From positions 124,001 to 188,000 of the forward strand of contig CDMY01000531.1 of the NCBI GenBank assembly GCA_001179505.1: a stretch of 64,000 nt of DNA, read 5' to 3'. A program made the translations under genes and the position numbers. Each line of letters starts with the position of its first letter. Within the stretch, counting starts at the first letter, position 1. Below, piece by piece: positions 23,957 through 35,200 of this stretch. This DNA comes from Vitrella brassicaformis CCMP3155 (Eukaryota; Protista; Chromerida). The notes under the pieces were generated by a model. It ran no database searches. It had not been told where the DNA came from and saw only the letters and a program-made list of their open reading frames with translations.

Positions 23957-24379
23957 ACGGAAGGAGCTTCCCGACACACCGACAAATGGACAACACTATG
24001 CCAGTGGGTGGGTGTATGCATGTATATAGCTTCGTCAGACTTGCGTGCGTGGCTGTGTGGGCGGGTGGGTGGACGTCGTCGCACACGGAGTCGTTGAATT
24101 GCCCTCTAACATGCCCAGAGCGTGTGTGTGTGTGTCCGTTGTGAATGAATGAAGACCGCTAATACACATCTGGATGGATGGATGGACAAGTCGGACGGTA
24201 TTTCCGATCAGTGCACCAGCTGCGATTGTCATCTCAGGTATCGACATTCTCACACCCACACATGAATGCATCTCTCGACACGGCTGCCCATCACACGAGC
24301 ATTGTCCGCCGCCGATCCTTTCTGTACACGGCAGCAACGTCTCTCATCCATCCATCCATCCATTCTGTCTGTCAGCCCG

Positions 24380-26882
24380 TCAGTCGCTGTGTGGGTGCTC
24401 CCACGTGCAGCCGTTGTGTGGATGGCCCTTGCCCGTTGCCTCGCGGATGCTGGCCTCGGTGGCTAGGAGGATGTCGAACACGGGCAGCCCGCCAGGGATG
24501 AACGCACCGCCGCCCATCGTCGGCACCTTCTTCTCCTTCACGATTAACGCATACTCCAGCACGTCCTACAGACACGCAAGACAGAGAGATATGCACACCT
24601 ACCTACGCGGGTCTGTCAGTATGGTCACTCACCATGCCGTAGAGGGACATGTCGTCGAGGACGAAGCCCGCATTGCCGTGCCTCAGCTTGGTCTCGAACT
24701 CGGTCATCTTCTTGTCCAGCGTCGCCGCCCACTGCACACAACTCACGCGTGACGTGACACATACGTGCACACGGACGTGCCTGTGTTTACATACCAGGCC
24801 CTTGGTGGTGGGATGGTTGGCTGTGAGGCCCATCTGTCTGACGGTGTCGGTCAGCTCCTCGATGCCCTTGTCCTCCAGCTTCTTGACATACCGGTACAGC
24901 GTCTTGATCGGATGCAGCACGTGGTGCACGTTCTTGGTCACCTGCAGACAGGCAGGGAGACCACACCATACAGTGGGGTGTGACGCGGCGCCCACCCACC
25001 TACCTACCTCTGATGTGAATCTGATGTCGACAATATGTCCTCCCTTGGCGGCCTCGATCATCACATCTCCTCGGAGGTTGCCATCGGTGAAGTTGGAATG
25101 ATGGCCGGTAGTCATGTTGACACGGGAGTGGTGGAATTTGAGGAGGTCGCACACCTCACGGTGGCTCTCCCAGTCCGCCTCCTGACACACCTGAAGCCAG
25201 GAAGGACGAAAGGACACACGATTGGACTGCTGTATGGCCATGTATGGTATGTGGTCGTGTTGACAGTTGACCTCCGAACAGTACGTCGCATGCAGACAGT
25301 GGATGCATCGCTGAACACAGACACACACAACCACAACAGCCATCCATCCATCCCTTTTTGTGTCTCCTCCATCCTCCCTCCCTCCCTCCCTCCCGTGTCT
25401 CACCATGTGTGCCTTCTTGCCGCAGACGGTGCATCTGGTGGCGGGCGGCAGACCACCGGGCGGCACCGAGGTGAGGGGGACGAAGGGAGTGTCTTTGTAC
25501 CCCTTCAGCTCCTCCGTCTCCTCGGTCTCCACACCCAGCAACTTCAACATAGTCAAGCACGACTGACACCCAGCACTGCATGGTCCACGTGTGGATGGAT
25601 AGGTGCAAGTCTCTCTTCGCACCTCATTCGAGCATGTTTTGATGTGGAGGTACTTCTCTCGGCCGTCGGCTTGCGTCAACACCTTCAAATGGCCCTGCAG
25701 GGTACAATGAATCGAAGCGTGTGAGCGCATTCACACAGGCAATATTGTCTGACCGTGACGGCTGGGCCCGAGCAGAAGTCGCATTTCATGCTGGCCCATG
25801 GTGACGACTGGGCGGCGGAGGGGGCAGTGTTGGTGTTGGTGGGGGTGGCCTGATTGTGTGCAGCAGCGAGTGTCTTGCACGCCTTCTTGTGGCCCAGGTC
25901 ACGCCAATCGACCAGCTGACACTCCTACATGGACACAAGAAAGAAGACAACCCACCCAGGTCTCCATCCATCCATCTCTGTCGTCCGTGTGTGTTCCACT
26001 GCTGACCTTGGAGCAGTACACACGCCGGTAGCAGCTCCCGCAACGCTGAAATCGACACAAGGCAACAGCCATGTGCTCTTTCTCCCCCTATTCTCCTCCT
26101 CTCTCTCTCTTGTCGACACCTTCGGCTGTGTTGCCCTCTTGGAGCAGACGTCACATACCGATGTAGTCGACACACCACCACCACCACCAGCAGATGGGGT
26201 CGGCTGCTCCTTGTGTGCCGCAGGTGTGTTCTTGATGCGGTCGAGGGCCTCATTGGCGGGCTGCTGGTGCTGTTCGAAACAACGCTGAATGAGCAAACCC
26301 CAACATACACACAAATGGCGGTTATATGCCTGCGTGTTGTGTATACGTCGGAGCACATGTAGAAGTAGTCGAATGCGATGCGGCCGCCAAACTGACACAT
26401 ACCGAAGCGCAACTGACACACAAACAAAGATGAACCAGGCACGAGGGTCAGCCGATGGCGAAGGTGGCTTGGTGGCTCACCTTGTTGGTCTTCTTTCCAC
26501 ACTGGTCACACACCTTCTGCCTGTCCATCTGCTTGTCCATCGAGCTGAGCTGCGCCGCGCACTCCTGCACGGACAGGCCCATGACAAGGACAACTGCAAT
26601 GACACCCTCTCGCCTCCTCTCCTCCGGCCGACGGCCTCTCGCTTGCCTTGGAGCAAAAGTGGACGGGCATACTGACCTTCTTACCAAACAACGTCACCGC
26701 CATCTGACCAGCCTGCATGAGCAGATCAATGGATACGGAGAGGAGCCCTGGCCGGTCCTGTGGTTGGTTGAACGTACCATGGTAGCCTTCTTCTTGCAGA
26801 CGTAGCACTCCATGCCAGCAGCAGCCGCAGAGCTGCTGGACTGGCGCTGCTGCTTGCGCTTGGACGTTTTCGCTCGCTGCAT
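24380..26882 (-). CDS. Multi-zinc-finger protein with two MYND fingers and three FCS/TRASH-like fingers, multi-exon
   Basis: MYND: CDVC..|RCGSCYRRVYCSK|ECQLVDWRDLGHKKAC and CTVC..|RCIHCLHATYCSE|VCQEADWESHREVC. Other units: CYVC..FCSK|EC, CDQC..MCSD|RC, CDFC..TCSNE|SC. Stop at 24380. Confidence 0.85.
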
Positions 26883-26985
26883 CGTCAGGAGATGCACGAA
26901 ACAACAAAAATGATGGGGAAAAGGGAACGGTATGTAAACAGAACGACTGCGAGCTTAGCTGCGAGGGAGATCCGAGGACCTGTTC

Positions 26986-28902
26986 ATGGGAGCGATGGTG
27001 ATGATGCAGAGGACTCTCTCTCAATTGATAGTCCGTCTTTCCCTGATCTTGCTCACTCAAGCTGCTGCTGGTGTCCTGGGAGTCGTCACAAGCCTCAAGG
27101 CATCATCATTAGCATGGCGAAGGCCGCCTCCCACTACATCTTCTCTCGGCTTTGTCGGATCTTCATGGGCAAGCGTCAGATCTGCGGACCACCTCGCGCA
27201 CAAGACTCCCTATCGCTCTGCTCGGCCCCTGTTCTCCGGACCGTCATCGCCTGATGTGAAGCAGCCGCAGCAGCCACAGGCCAGCGATACGGTCGATCCG
27301 CGCATTGTGGAGCGCGTCAACGCGGAGCTGGGTGCTCGGTTCAACATCGATGTGGATCAGCTGATGAACCCGCTCAAGGTGCTGGGTCTGGAGCAGGAGC
27401 TGGAGACCCTCAACGCCGAGATGGAGACGCTCAAGGCCAAGCCGCAGACGGCCGAGGTGCAGGCAGCCATCAGCGAGCTGGACAAGACCATCACCAAGAA
27501 GGAGAAGATCCTCGAGACCGAGAAGACGCTATACGTCAGGGGCTGGCTCAAGGCCGTGTTCCTGGGGCAGTCGGCTCTCGCGGCGGCCATCAGTGCGATG
27601 CTGGTCTACAACAACGTGCCTGGGGTGGGTGAGGTGGACCTCTCGCTGCAGGTGCTGGGGTTTTGGAACTGGTGGCTGTTCATCATACCCTCACTTAGGG
27701 CTCGCAAGCCCGCCAAGAAGGAGAAGAGGGCGCTCGACTGGGCTTTTTTGGCCGTCTTGGTGACCACACTCGCCGCGCCGTCATTCACCAAGGCAAGCGG
27801 GACAGACAACGCACGTGAATGCATCGCCCATTGTGTGGTGTGTGTCGTTCAGGAGCCGTCGACCATCTACTGGATCAACGCTGCCGTCCTCGGCATCTCT
27901 TATGCCATCAGCTACAGCGCTCCCTTTCCCCTTTTCGACCAGGGCGACGCCCAGCAGGAGGAGCAGGAGGGCCCCGAGTGGCTGAGCTGGGCTTTCAAGG
28001 CTCTCGACTTCGGCAGCGGCCAGGAGAGGGGCCTGCGCGGCGAGGCCAGAAAAACATTCTTCGAGAAATCCACGAAACGAGACAGTGACGATGATGGAGG
28101 TGATGAGGGGCAGCAAAGGGGTGGTGGGGGGAAGGTGCAGGCGAATGGTGACGTGTCAGCGTCTAAGGCAGCCACTGCAAAGCAGTCATCGGCCGCCGGC
28201 GTCCTCAAGTACCATAAGTCGAGTGAGAACGGTGAAGATGTGCCGCCTCTCTTCCCCACCCCTGATTCGACATCAGCCTCCGTCTTGCCGTCCCCCACAT
28301 CCTTCGGCCAATGGCCTGACTCTTCCCTCGCTTTGGCCATGACGGCCGCCCTTCTCCCCTTTGCCCCCATCCCCTCTCCCGTCAGCATGCGCGCCACTGC
28401 CGCAGACATGGCGCCTACCGCTACCATGGCGACGTCGACCACCAATGACTTTTTGCTGAGCACATCGTCCCTCCCCTCGCCGGCCTCGCCCGACTCGCTG
28501 CTCCAGGGCAATCCCTTCTTGAATGTGCCGGGGCTGCAGCGCTTCAAGGGCGAGCAGCAGAGGGAGGGCGAGAGTCTCTACGAGCAGTACGGCGGGGAGG
28601 AGCAGGCGCAAAAGGAGCTGGAGAGCCTCACCGAGCAGCAGAAGAGGGAGATGGAGGCCAAGGCCCTTGCAGAAGAGTTCGATGAGTCTTACAAGCAGCC
28701 CGACAGGAAGCTGCCGTTGCCGGCATTGGCGCTTTATGCGTGTGTGGGTGGGGCGGTCTTGTGGTATCAGCTGAAGCTGGGGCCGCAGGAGGCCGACTCG
28801 ATGGAGAAGAAGATGAGCGGCTCAGCCGCCTACAAGGCTTACCAACGAGAGAGGGGATTCTTCGAGAGGTCGCGGTCGGGCGACCTCAAGCTCGGCGACT
28901 GA
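26986..28902 (+). CDS. RPH1: Plastid-targeted RPH1 (Resistance to Phytophthora 1)-like membrane protein with a long C-terminal extension
   Basis: Signal-like hydrophobic segment followed by a Ser/Arg-rich transit-like leader. LGFWNWWLFIIPSLRARKPAKKEKRALDWAFL resembles, from memory, Arabidopsis RPH1 GMWSIWMFTIPSLRARDCPSKEKEALNYLFL. Probable in-frame GC-AG intron at 27793-27852. Confidence 0.7.
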   Translation: MGAMVMMQRTLSQLIVRLSLILLTQAAAGVLGVVTSLKASSLAWRRPPPTTSSLGFVGSSWASVRSADHLAHKTPYRSARPLFSGPSSPDVKQPQQPQASDTVDPRIVERVNAELGARFNIDVDQLMNPLKVLGLEQELETLNAEMETLKAKPQTAEVQAAISELDKTITKKEKILETEKTLYVRGWLKAVFLGQSALAAAISAMLVYNNVPGVGEVDLSLQVLGFWNWWLFIIPSLRARKPAKKEKRALDWAFLAVLVTTLAAPSFTKASGTDNARECIAHCVVCVVQEPSTIYWINAAVLGISYAISYSAPFPLFDQGDAQQEEQEGPEWLSWAFKALDFGSGQERGLRGEARKTFFEKSTKRDSDDDGGDEGQQRGGGGKVQANGDVSASKAATAKQSSAAGVLKYHKSSENGEDVPPLFPTPDSTSASVLPSPTSFGQWPDSSLALAMTAALLPFAPIPSPVSMRATAADMAPTATMATSTTNDFLLSTSSLPSPASPDSLLQGNPFLNVPGLQRFKGEQQREGESLYEQYGGEEQAQKELESLTEQQKREMEAKALAEEFDESYKQPDRKLPLPALALYACVGGAVLWYQLKLGPQEADSMEKKMSGSAAYKAYQRERGFFERSRSGDLKLGD

Positions 28903-29209
28903 CCTACTGACCACCTTGTTGCTGAGTGGTGCGGGGTGATGGGTGGATGGATGGAGTGTAGTATGGGCGCTTTATGACATGACGAGTGAGTGTTCAGTCA
29001 GGGAGGGGTCGATTGAGTGTTTCAGTGGGTGTCTGGATGTGGTGCGTGCGGCTTGAGGGTGAAACGAGAGGACAGCACAAATGCGATTCACAGAAGAGGT
29101 TCTCATGAATGATATCGACACACACATAAGAGAGAGGCGCACTACTGTCTACCACGTCTGTGTTGCACATATCACAAACGGCAAATCTATCCGAATCCGC
29201 CGAGCTTCA

Positions 29210-30304
29210 CTAGCGTCGGTCGACCAGTGCAAGCGTCGAACGCTGGGACGGCAGGCCATCCGTGATCACAGCAGGGGCTCCCTTCACCCACTGCCCCTCG
29301 TGCCGTACAGCCCCACGGCCGTCCTCGAGCTTGCCTCTGCCGTGGGGCTCGCCGTTGAGGGTCTGACCGGTGTACCGCATCTTGCCGTCTTGGCCCCATG
29401 GGTGGCGCGTCATCTCCCCCTCGCCGTGCATCTTGCCAGCCACCCAGCCGCCCGTGTATGTTTGGTTGCTGTTCACGTCGTACAGCGTGCCCTGGCCGTG
29501 CCTCTTGCTGCATATCCACTGCCCGTCGTACTCCACGTCGCCGTTTGCCTGGTGGCTCGTGCCCTGACCGTTGTAGTGGTCCTGCTTCCACTGACCACTG
29601 CACTTCGCTGGGTTGCTTTGGCTGTTGTAGTACCAGTAGTAGCTGGTGCCGGCCCCCTGGCGACAGCCCGCCCTCCATTCTCCCTCGTATAGCTTGCGGC
29701 TCCCGTCCACTGTCCGCAGCACCCCCGCCCCGTCAGGTTTGCCGCCGAGCAGGGACCCGTAGTAAAGCCGGCCACCCCACACAATCGTCTTGGGGACGAG
29801 CGGGCCACCATCGGACTCCTCCCGACGAGCCAGCTGAGCCGCAAGCTCCTGGCTGCGTGCCTCCGCCTGACGACGCCGCTGCTCCGCCTGATCGTGCCTC
29901 TGCCGAGAGGCATCACGCTCTGCTCGGTACTCGTCCCTCTGCCGCTGCACCTCCTCAATCAGGCGCTGCTGTGTCCGCTGCTGCTCCAGCAGCTGCTGCC
30001 GCACCATCTCTGCACTGATGTCACCGACCTCAGATGACGCCGACGTCGACGTCACAGCCGAGTCCTGGACCCGCTGGGCCTCGAGGTCCCTGATCTGGGC
30101 CTGCGCCTGTCGGTTGCGCTGCTCCGCCTCATCCAGCCGCCGCTTGTAGGCATCGAGCTCACCCCTCAATTCATCACGCTGCCTGGTGAGCTCCTCGATG
30201 AGCTTCTGCTGTGTGTGGGGTTGGTCTTGGGAGAGGGCGAGGAGCACATCGGTGCCCATCGTCACCACAGAAGGCGACGCACCTTCCGCGAACACCACCG
30301 ACAT
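29210..30304 (-). CDS. Coiled-coil plus MORN-repeat protein, intronless (subfamily A)
   Basis: MSVVFAEGASPSVVTM..LIEELTRQRDELRGEL and GPLVPKTIVW are near-identical to the 14034 paralogue, followed by multiple MORN units. Confidence 0.85.
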   Translation of the reverse strand: MSVVFAEGASPSVVTMGTDVLLALSQDQPHTQQKLIEELTRQRDELRGELDAYKRRLDEAEQRNRQAQAQIRDLEAQRVQDSAVTSTSASSEVGDISAEMVRQQLLEQQRTQQRLIEEVQRQRDEYRAERDASRQRHDQAEQRRRQAEARSQELAAQLARREESDGGPLVPKTIVWGGRLYYGSLLGGKPDGAGVLRTVDGSRKLYEGEWRAGCRQGAGTSYYWYYNSQSNPAKCSGQWKQDHYNGQGTSHQANGDVEYDGQWICSKRHGQGTLYDVNSNQTYTGGWVAGKMHGEGEMTRHPWGQDGKMRYTGQTLNGEPHGRGKLEDGRGAVRHEGQWVKGAPAVITDGLPSQRSTLALVDRR

Positions 30305-31185
30305 GGGAAGATATCCACTGGGCTGCTGATTGATCCGGGCCCCAAGGTTTGAGCTCGCTAGTTGGGGGCGCGACCTCCCCCCTTGAGGCAAGGAAAAGCT
30401 CACCCTCCCGTCCACGCGCATTGCCACAGTGAATGAAGTTGGCGAGATTTCTCTACGAGAGACAAATCTCGCCGAGAGACAAAAAGGAGACAGACCATTC
30501 TTTTGGAAATCGATTTCATCCACACAGCTCCCATTTCCTCAGCTTCTGCCCTCTCTCGCTCGTATCTGCTCCATTTTCGCCTCTCTCCGCCTGGTGTTTG
30601 CCTCACATGCCTCGCCACGGCCTCTCCCAAGACACCCTGCAAACGCGCACTTCAGACGTCACTTGTCCCTTCCCCGGGTGAGCGCTGGCGCCACGTGCGT
30701 GTGTTTTGTGGAAGCGCACACGAGTATGTGTGCGCTGCAGTGCGCACCCTAAGTGGCCAGTGCTGCCCCGTACTCCGAAACCACGAAACAGTATGTTGAG
30801 AGTATGGCAGAAGACAGCCATTTCTTCACTGACCACCATGCTCTCTGACGTGTTGACTTCTTTGGTCCTCTGCTCACAGACCATCGGCCTGATTTTATAC
30901 CATCACACTCGCGCATCGAGCAGCTATACGTAAGAATCATGGACAGCACGAGTTTGGTCCCTGCACCGGGCAGCGTGTTTGTGCACACAGGTCGTCACCG
31001 TCAGCAAGTACCACTCCTGCCGGTCCCTACGGTGACCCTCTCGCTCATCCTGCTCGCCTCATGGTCGGACGACACCGTCAACAGCCTCTTCGTTGTCCTT
31101 CGCTTGTCGTGGCGAGATTTCTCGACGAGAGACAGAAGACGAACCATAAAAGTGTTTTCTCTATAAATAACGATGTCATCTCCTC

Positions 31186-33405
31186 AGGGCGTGCAAGGAG
31201 GAGCAGAAGTTGGCCAAGCAGGAGGGCGAGCGTGACAGAGGCCACGAAGGCCACAGGGGACGTGGCGGAGGCCACACTGCACTGCAGAATGACATTCTGA
31301 CTTATGTGTGAATGAATGCAGGACGAGGAGATGTTGAGAGGGATCCTTCAGAGGCTGACGGGATTCGCCCCGACCCGCGCATCGATGAACTCTGCGTACG
31401 TGAGAGGCACAAACTGATTGCCTTTGGAGCATGCAGCACATTTCTTGCTGTGCGTCTTGCGTGTGCGCAGGCCATTGTCATTAGCAAGCAGGAGAAGGCC
31501 AAGCTGGAGCGGCGGGGCTGCCAATCGCCATTCGACATCAACTTCGTCAGCGCCACAAGTGGCGGAGAGCTGAGGCTCAAGGTCATCCCGCCATACCTGT
31601 AGCCCCGCACACAGGTGAGCGGACGGGCACACAGAGGGAGGGCAGGGCTGGGTGGATGGATGGTTATGTGATGTCTGTGTGTGTGGTGGTGCGTGCAGAT
31701 AGTGGACATGTTTGGTTTGCCGGCCACGGGGTTCGACACCAACTGCGAGCACTACCGTGACCTGCGGCACCCCGTCATCCCCGCCATACTCGAGATTATC
31801 GTACATAATGGCCTCAAGGGGGTGCTCATGGAGGGCGGAGGAGGTAAGTACACGGACAGGGAGACAAGCAGGCATGCACGCAATCGCATGACTCTCTATT
31901 TCAGCGCCGTTGGCTGAGTACGTCGAGACGGTGGCCATGACAATGGCGCAGGCCAAGGCGGAAGGGGCGACGCCGGGTATGGTGAGGGCGATCGGATTCC
32001 GGCTGACCATGCCGGTCATCCACAGCGCCCTCCACTTCATTAGCTGGGCCGCTCGCCTCGGCGTCGTCATCGACGGCATTCGGGTATGTCCGTGAGCTAG
32101 TGGGCGGTGCAACATACAAAGCCATGTGTGTGTGTGTGTGTGTGCAATCTCTGTCGATATGACAGTGAAGTTGCACGAGTCGGGCAGAGGGCAGCTGAAG
32201 CTGTATGTCCTAGAGTATCTCCGCCGTGCGTCCGATGCCAAACAGTTGGTACGCCCGCAGATTTCCTCTTTCTCATTGACGTGTGAGCATGCCTGTGTCT
32301 GGGACGACTCACAGGAGACCATCACCGCCAAGGACTTCGCCGCCGTGAGCGATGTGTGCGTGCACATGCTCAAGATGATACCAGGCTCGGTAACGGACAG
32401 CACAGCCTGTGAATGCCGTCCGTGTGTGTGCAGAAGTGGGCGTCCGTGTGTGTGTGCAACTTGTTGACGATACTCCCGGCGGAGAAGGACTACGCCATGG
32501 TGAGGCTACAGAGACAACCTCACTCATCCATCCATCCATCCCTCCGTCTGCAGGCTCTGTCGTTCGTAGAGGACTACTGGCCCGACTTTTGCCCCCGGCA
32601 ACAAGTATCCTACGAAGAGGTGAGCAGGCAATCAACCGAGAGAGCATTACTAACAGACACTGACACGCAAATGTGCGGTTCTGTTCTGTGTCCCTTTTCA
32701 GGAGCTGGCCGCTGAGTTGGCATACCGACAGGCGTTCAACAAGGTCCACAGCGTCTTCCACCTCTGTGTAAGGGAGCCAGCCAATCCAACCAAAGAACAA
32801 CCGGGCAACAAAGACCTGCATGCTCACGTGTGTGTGTGTGTGTGTATGTGTGTATGTGTCTTCTTACCAGTACGACATACAAGAGGCGCGCAACCTGTGT
32901 TACGTCTGCGAGTTGTCCATGCCCAATGAGTGGCGTGACACCTTCGTTGGCCGGCTGGCCTTCTTCCACGATGATCCCGCCAAGAAATGGTCCATCCTAG
33001 AGGTCAGCAGACAGACCACACACTCACACAAGGACAGCCAAAACGGCACACCCACTCCCCTCCACTCCCCGTTTGTTTGTCAGATCACCGACGACGAGGG
33101 GATGCCGTTGCCTGCCTGGGAGGGTGTCAGGAGTCTTCCAGACGACCACCCCTTCCTGATTCGTGGTGACGAGGTGATGTATGGGCCGCTCAGAGGTGTA
33201 CTGTTCGAGTGGATAGGAGGTACGCCGGTGGGTGGAAAAGGCGGAAGATACATGAAAGGACGGCTCTGTGTGTGTGTGTGTGTGTGTGCGGATGCAGAGG
33301 TTGGAGAGACCTGGTTGGACACGAGCCGCACGTGCCGCACCACGTGTGAGGACGGCCAGGCAGGAGTACGTCGCGGCCATCAACAGATCGCACGCCACAG
33401 CTGTT
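31186..33405 (+). CDS. Hypothetical multi-exon protein (boundaries approximate)
   Basis: Series of protein-like segments between GT..AG microsatellite introns (IVDMFGLPATGFDTNCEHYRDLRHPVIPAILEII, LKLYVLEYLRR, YDIQEARNLCYVCELSMPNEWRDTFVGRLAFF). No family recognised. Confidence 0.5.
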
Positions 33406-33699
33406 GAGGAAGGTACGAGAGGAGAGACACGGCGTATTGTGACGCATCGTATTTCTCATCAGCAGAATCGGTGCCTACATTTTATATCCCAAGACTTTTC
33501 AAAACAACCTCTGCATTCTGCGCCCGTCTGACCAACACTGATGTGAGCATGCGTCAGAGACCTACATGAACACGTACACACACCTGTCTGCATCATTACT
33601 TGGCTGTGTGTCTGCCTGTGTGTGTGGATGGATGGCTGCAGGATACCGGCAGCCCGTCAGTAGAAGACCCGAGCCGCCTCGGTGCAGCAGAGGGCTATG

Positions 33700-34195
33700 T
33701 GCCGCGCATGCCCTCTCAAGGCGCCCAAGTGGCACGGTATGCCCACTCGTGCCAGACCTTCTGGAAGCCGCCATCGACAAGTACATCAACCCAGCGGTGG
33801 CACCTGCCCTCACACACCTCCACCCCCACCCGCACTACCAGATCCAGACCCAGCCCGAGCAGCCTGTCGTGGCCCTCACACCGAATCCCCCCAGCCCCCA
33901 CCGTGAGAACGCCGCTGCATGGCCGCCCCCAGAGTCGGCCTACGAAGGGAGATGGCTGCCGCGCGGCGCGGCACTGCCCAGCCACCCTCCCCCAGTGCCG
34001 TACGGGCACATGCTGCCGCTCGAGTGGTCGGTGGAGGGCTTCCACGTGCCCATCGAGATAGGGGCTGCCGGGAGGGTGACCAAGGCCATCCATCTGCCTG
34101 GTGCGTGGGTAGCTGGCCAGGGTGTGGCGGGCAAGTGGGTGTGGCTGCCGCCAGAGGTGGCCGTGGCGGAGGGCATTGGGGCGGGGTATGGGTAG
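33700..34195 (+). CDS. Hypothetical Pro-rich terminal exon or ORF
   Basis: Open frame DLLEAAIDKYINP..LPLEWSVEGFHVPIEIG..GKWVWLPPE..*. It may belong to the preceding gene. Confidence 0.3.
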
Positions 34196-34751
34196 CGATA
34201 TGCGGTCCCGCACCAGAGGCAGTAACGGAGCTATTAGTTGCGTCCAGCTCAATATGACGGCCAAGCAGCCAACAATTGTGTCGTGCGGATGGAATCAACT
34301 CAACCAAGTCACAACACACACCTATCTGTGTGCCATATGGGCATTGTACGTATGTGTGTGTGTGTTGTGTGTGTGATGTAGGATTTGGATTTGGATGAGT
34401 GCCTTGTCTCACCATTTTGCTTCCAGCAACATGTCCGACGACGCGAGCCTCGTGGTGGAACAGTACGTCGTGCAGGTCTCTTACGAGGGATGTCCATTCT
34501 GCCCGGCAGTGGAGAAGGAATGTTGGAGATATCGGGGAACTCTAAGAGGGAGAGACGGCAAGGGCTCTGCTTCCAGCAACATGTCCGACGCCACGAGCGG
34601 GAAGCGGGCCCTTGCCGTCGGACACTTACCCGTCGGCAATTGCTGCCTGCATTTTATATCTCGCGGGCCTCTTCTTTGATGTCTCGGTGCTTGCCTCGTA
34701 GGCCAACCAGACCGCCTCGCCATGCCAAGAGGCTGGACATGGCGAGGCATG

Positions 34752-34988
34752 GAGCTGTACAAGCAGCTGGGGCCGGGGCATGCTAATGGGATGGCGCCCG
34801 AGGCCATGTGGAAATTGATGGATAAGTACGGCAATGATGTTCTGAATGGTACGGGCGGCAAGACCTACACACACCCACACACACACACACACACACACAC
34901 GGAGATCAGGCAAGGGAGGAAGAAGAGCAGATGATGTGTCATTGGCATGGTGGGTGTATGTGTGTCTTGCTCTCCTGCCTACAGAGCT
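34752..34988 (+). repeat. Duplicated exon plus intron, copy A (copy B at 36864-37080)
   Basis: ELYKQLGPGHANGM..MW..MDKY versus QLYRELGMGHADGM..MW..LDKF. The intron stretch ACGGAGATCAGGCAAGGGAGGAAGAA..GATGATGTGTCATTGGC..TCCTGC is near-identical over about 80 bp. Confidence 0.9.
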
Positions 34989-35200
34989 GAGAACTTCAGA
35001 AAAGCGTCTGAGCGAGAGAAAGAAAGACAGAGAGCGAGAGCACACGACGCCACGAGCCTGTGAGAGTTTGACAAAAATTGGACGCCATGACGCCGACGAC
35101 AAGGTGAGGAAAGCCCTTGCCTGCCGCTGTGTTATGGTGCACACCATTGCAGATGCGCTGCAAGTATGTTCAATTTGTATTCCTTGCCTGCCCTGTCTTC

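Noticed and set aside
22494-24086. 530-aa minus-strand ORF and similar long antisense ORFs (6184-7098, 14319-15320, 36081-37253, 54983-55798, 61395-62486)
   Set aside because: Shadow frames of GC3-rich genes with microsatellite-derived peptides and no domain signal.
26758-26777. 20-nt ultrashort intron in the MYND gene
   Set aside because: A same-phase acceptor about 45 nt further on gives a typical intron length and a better finger spacing.
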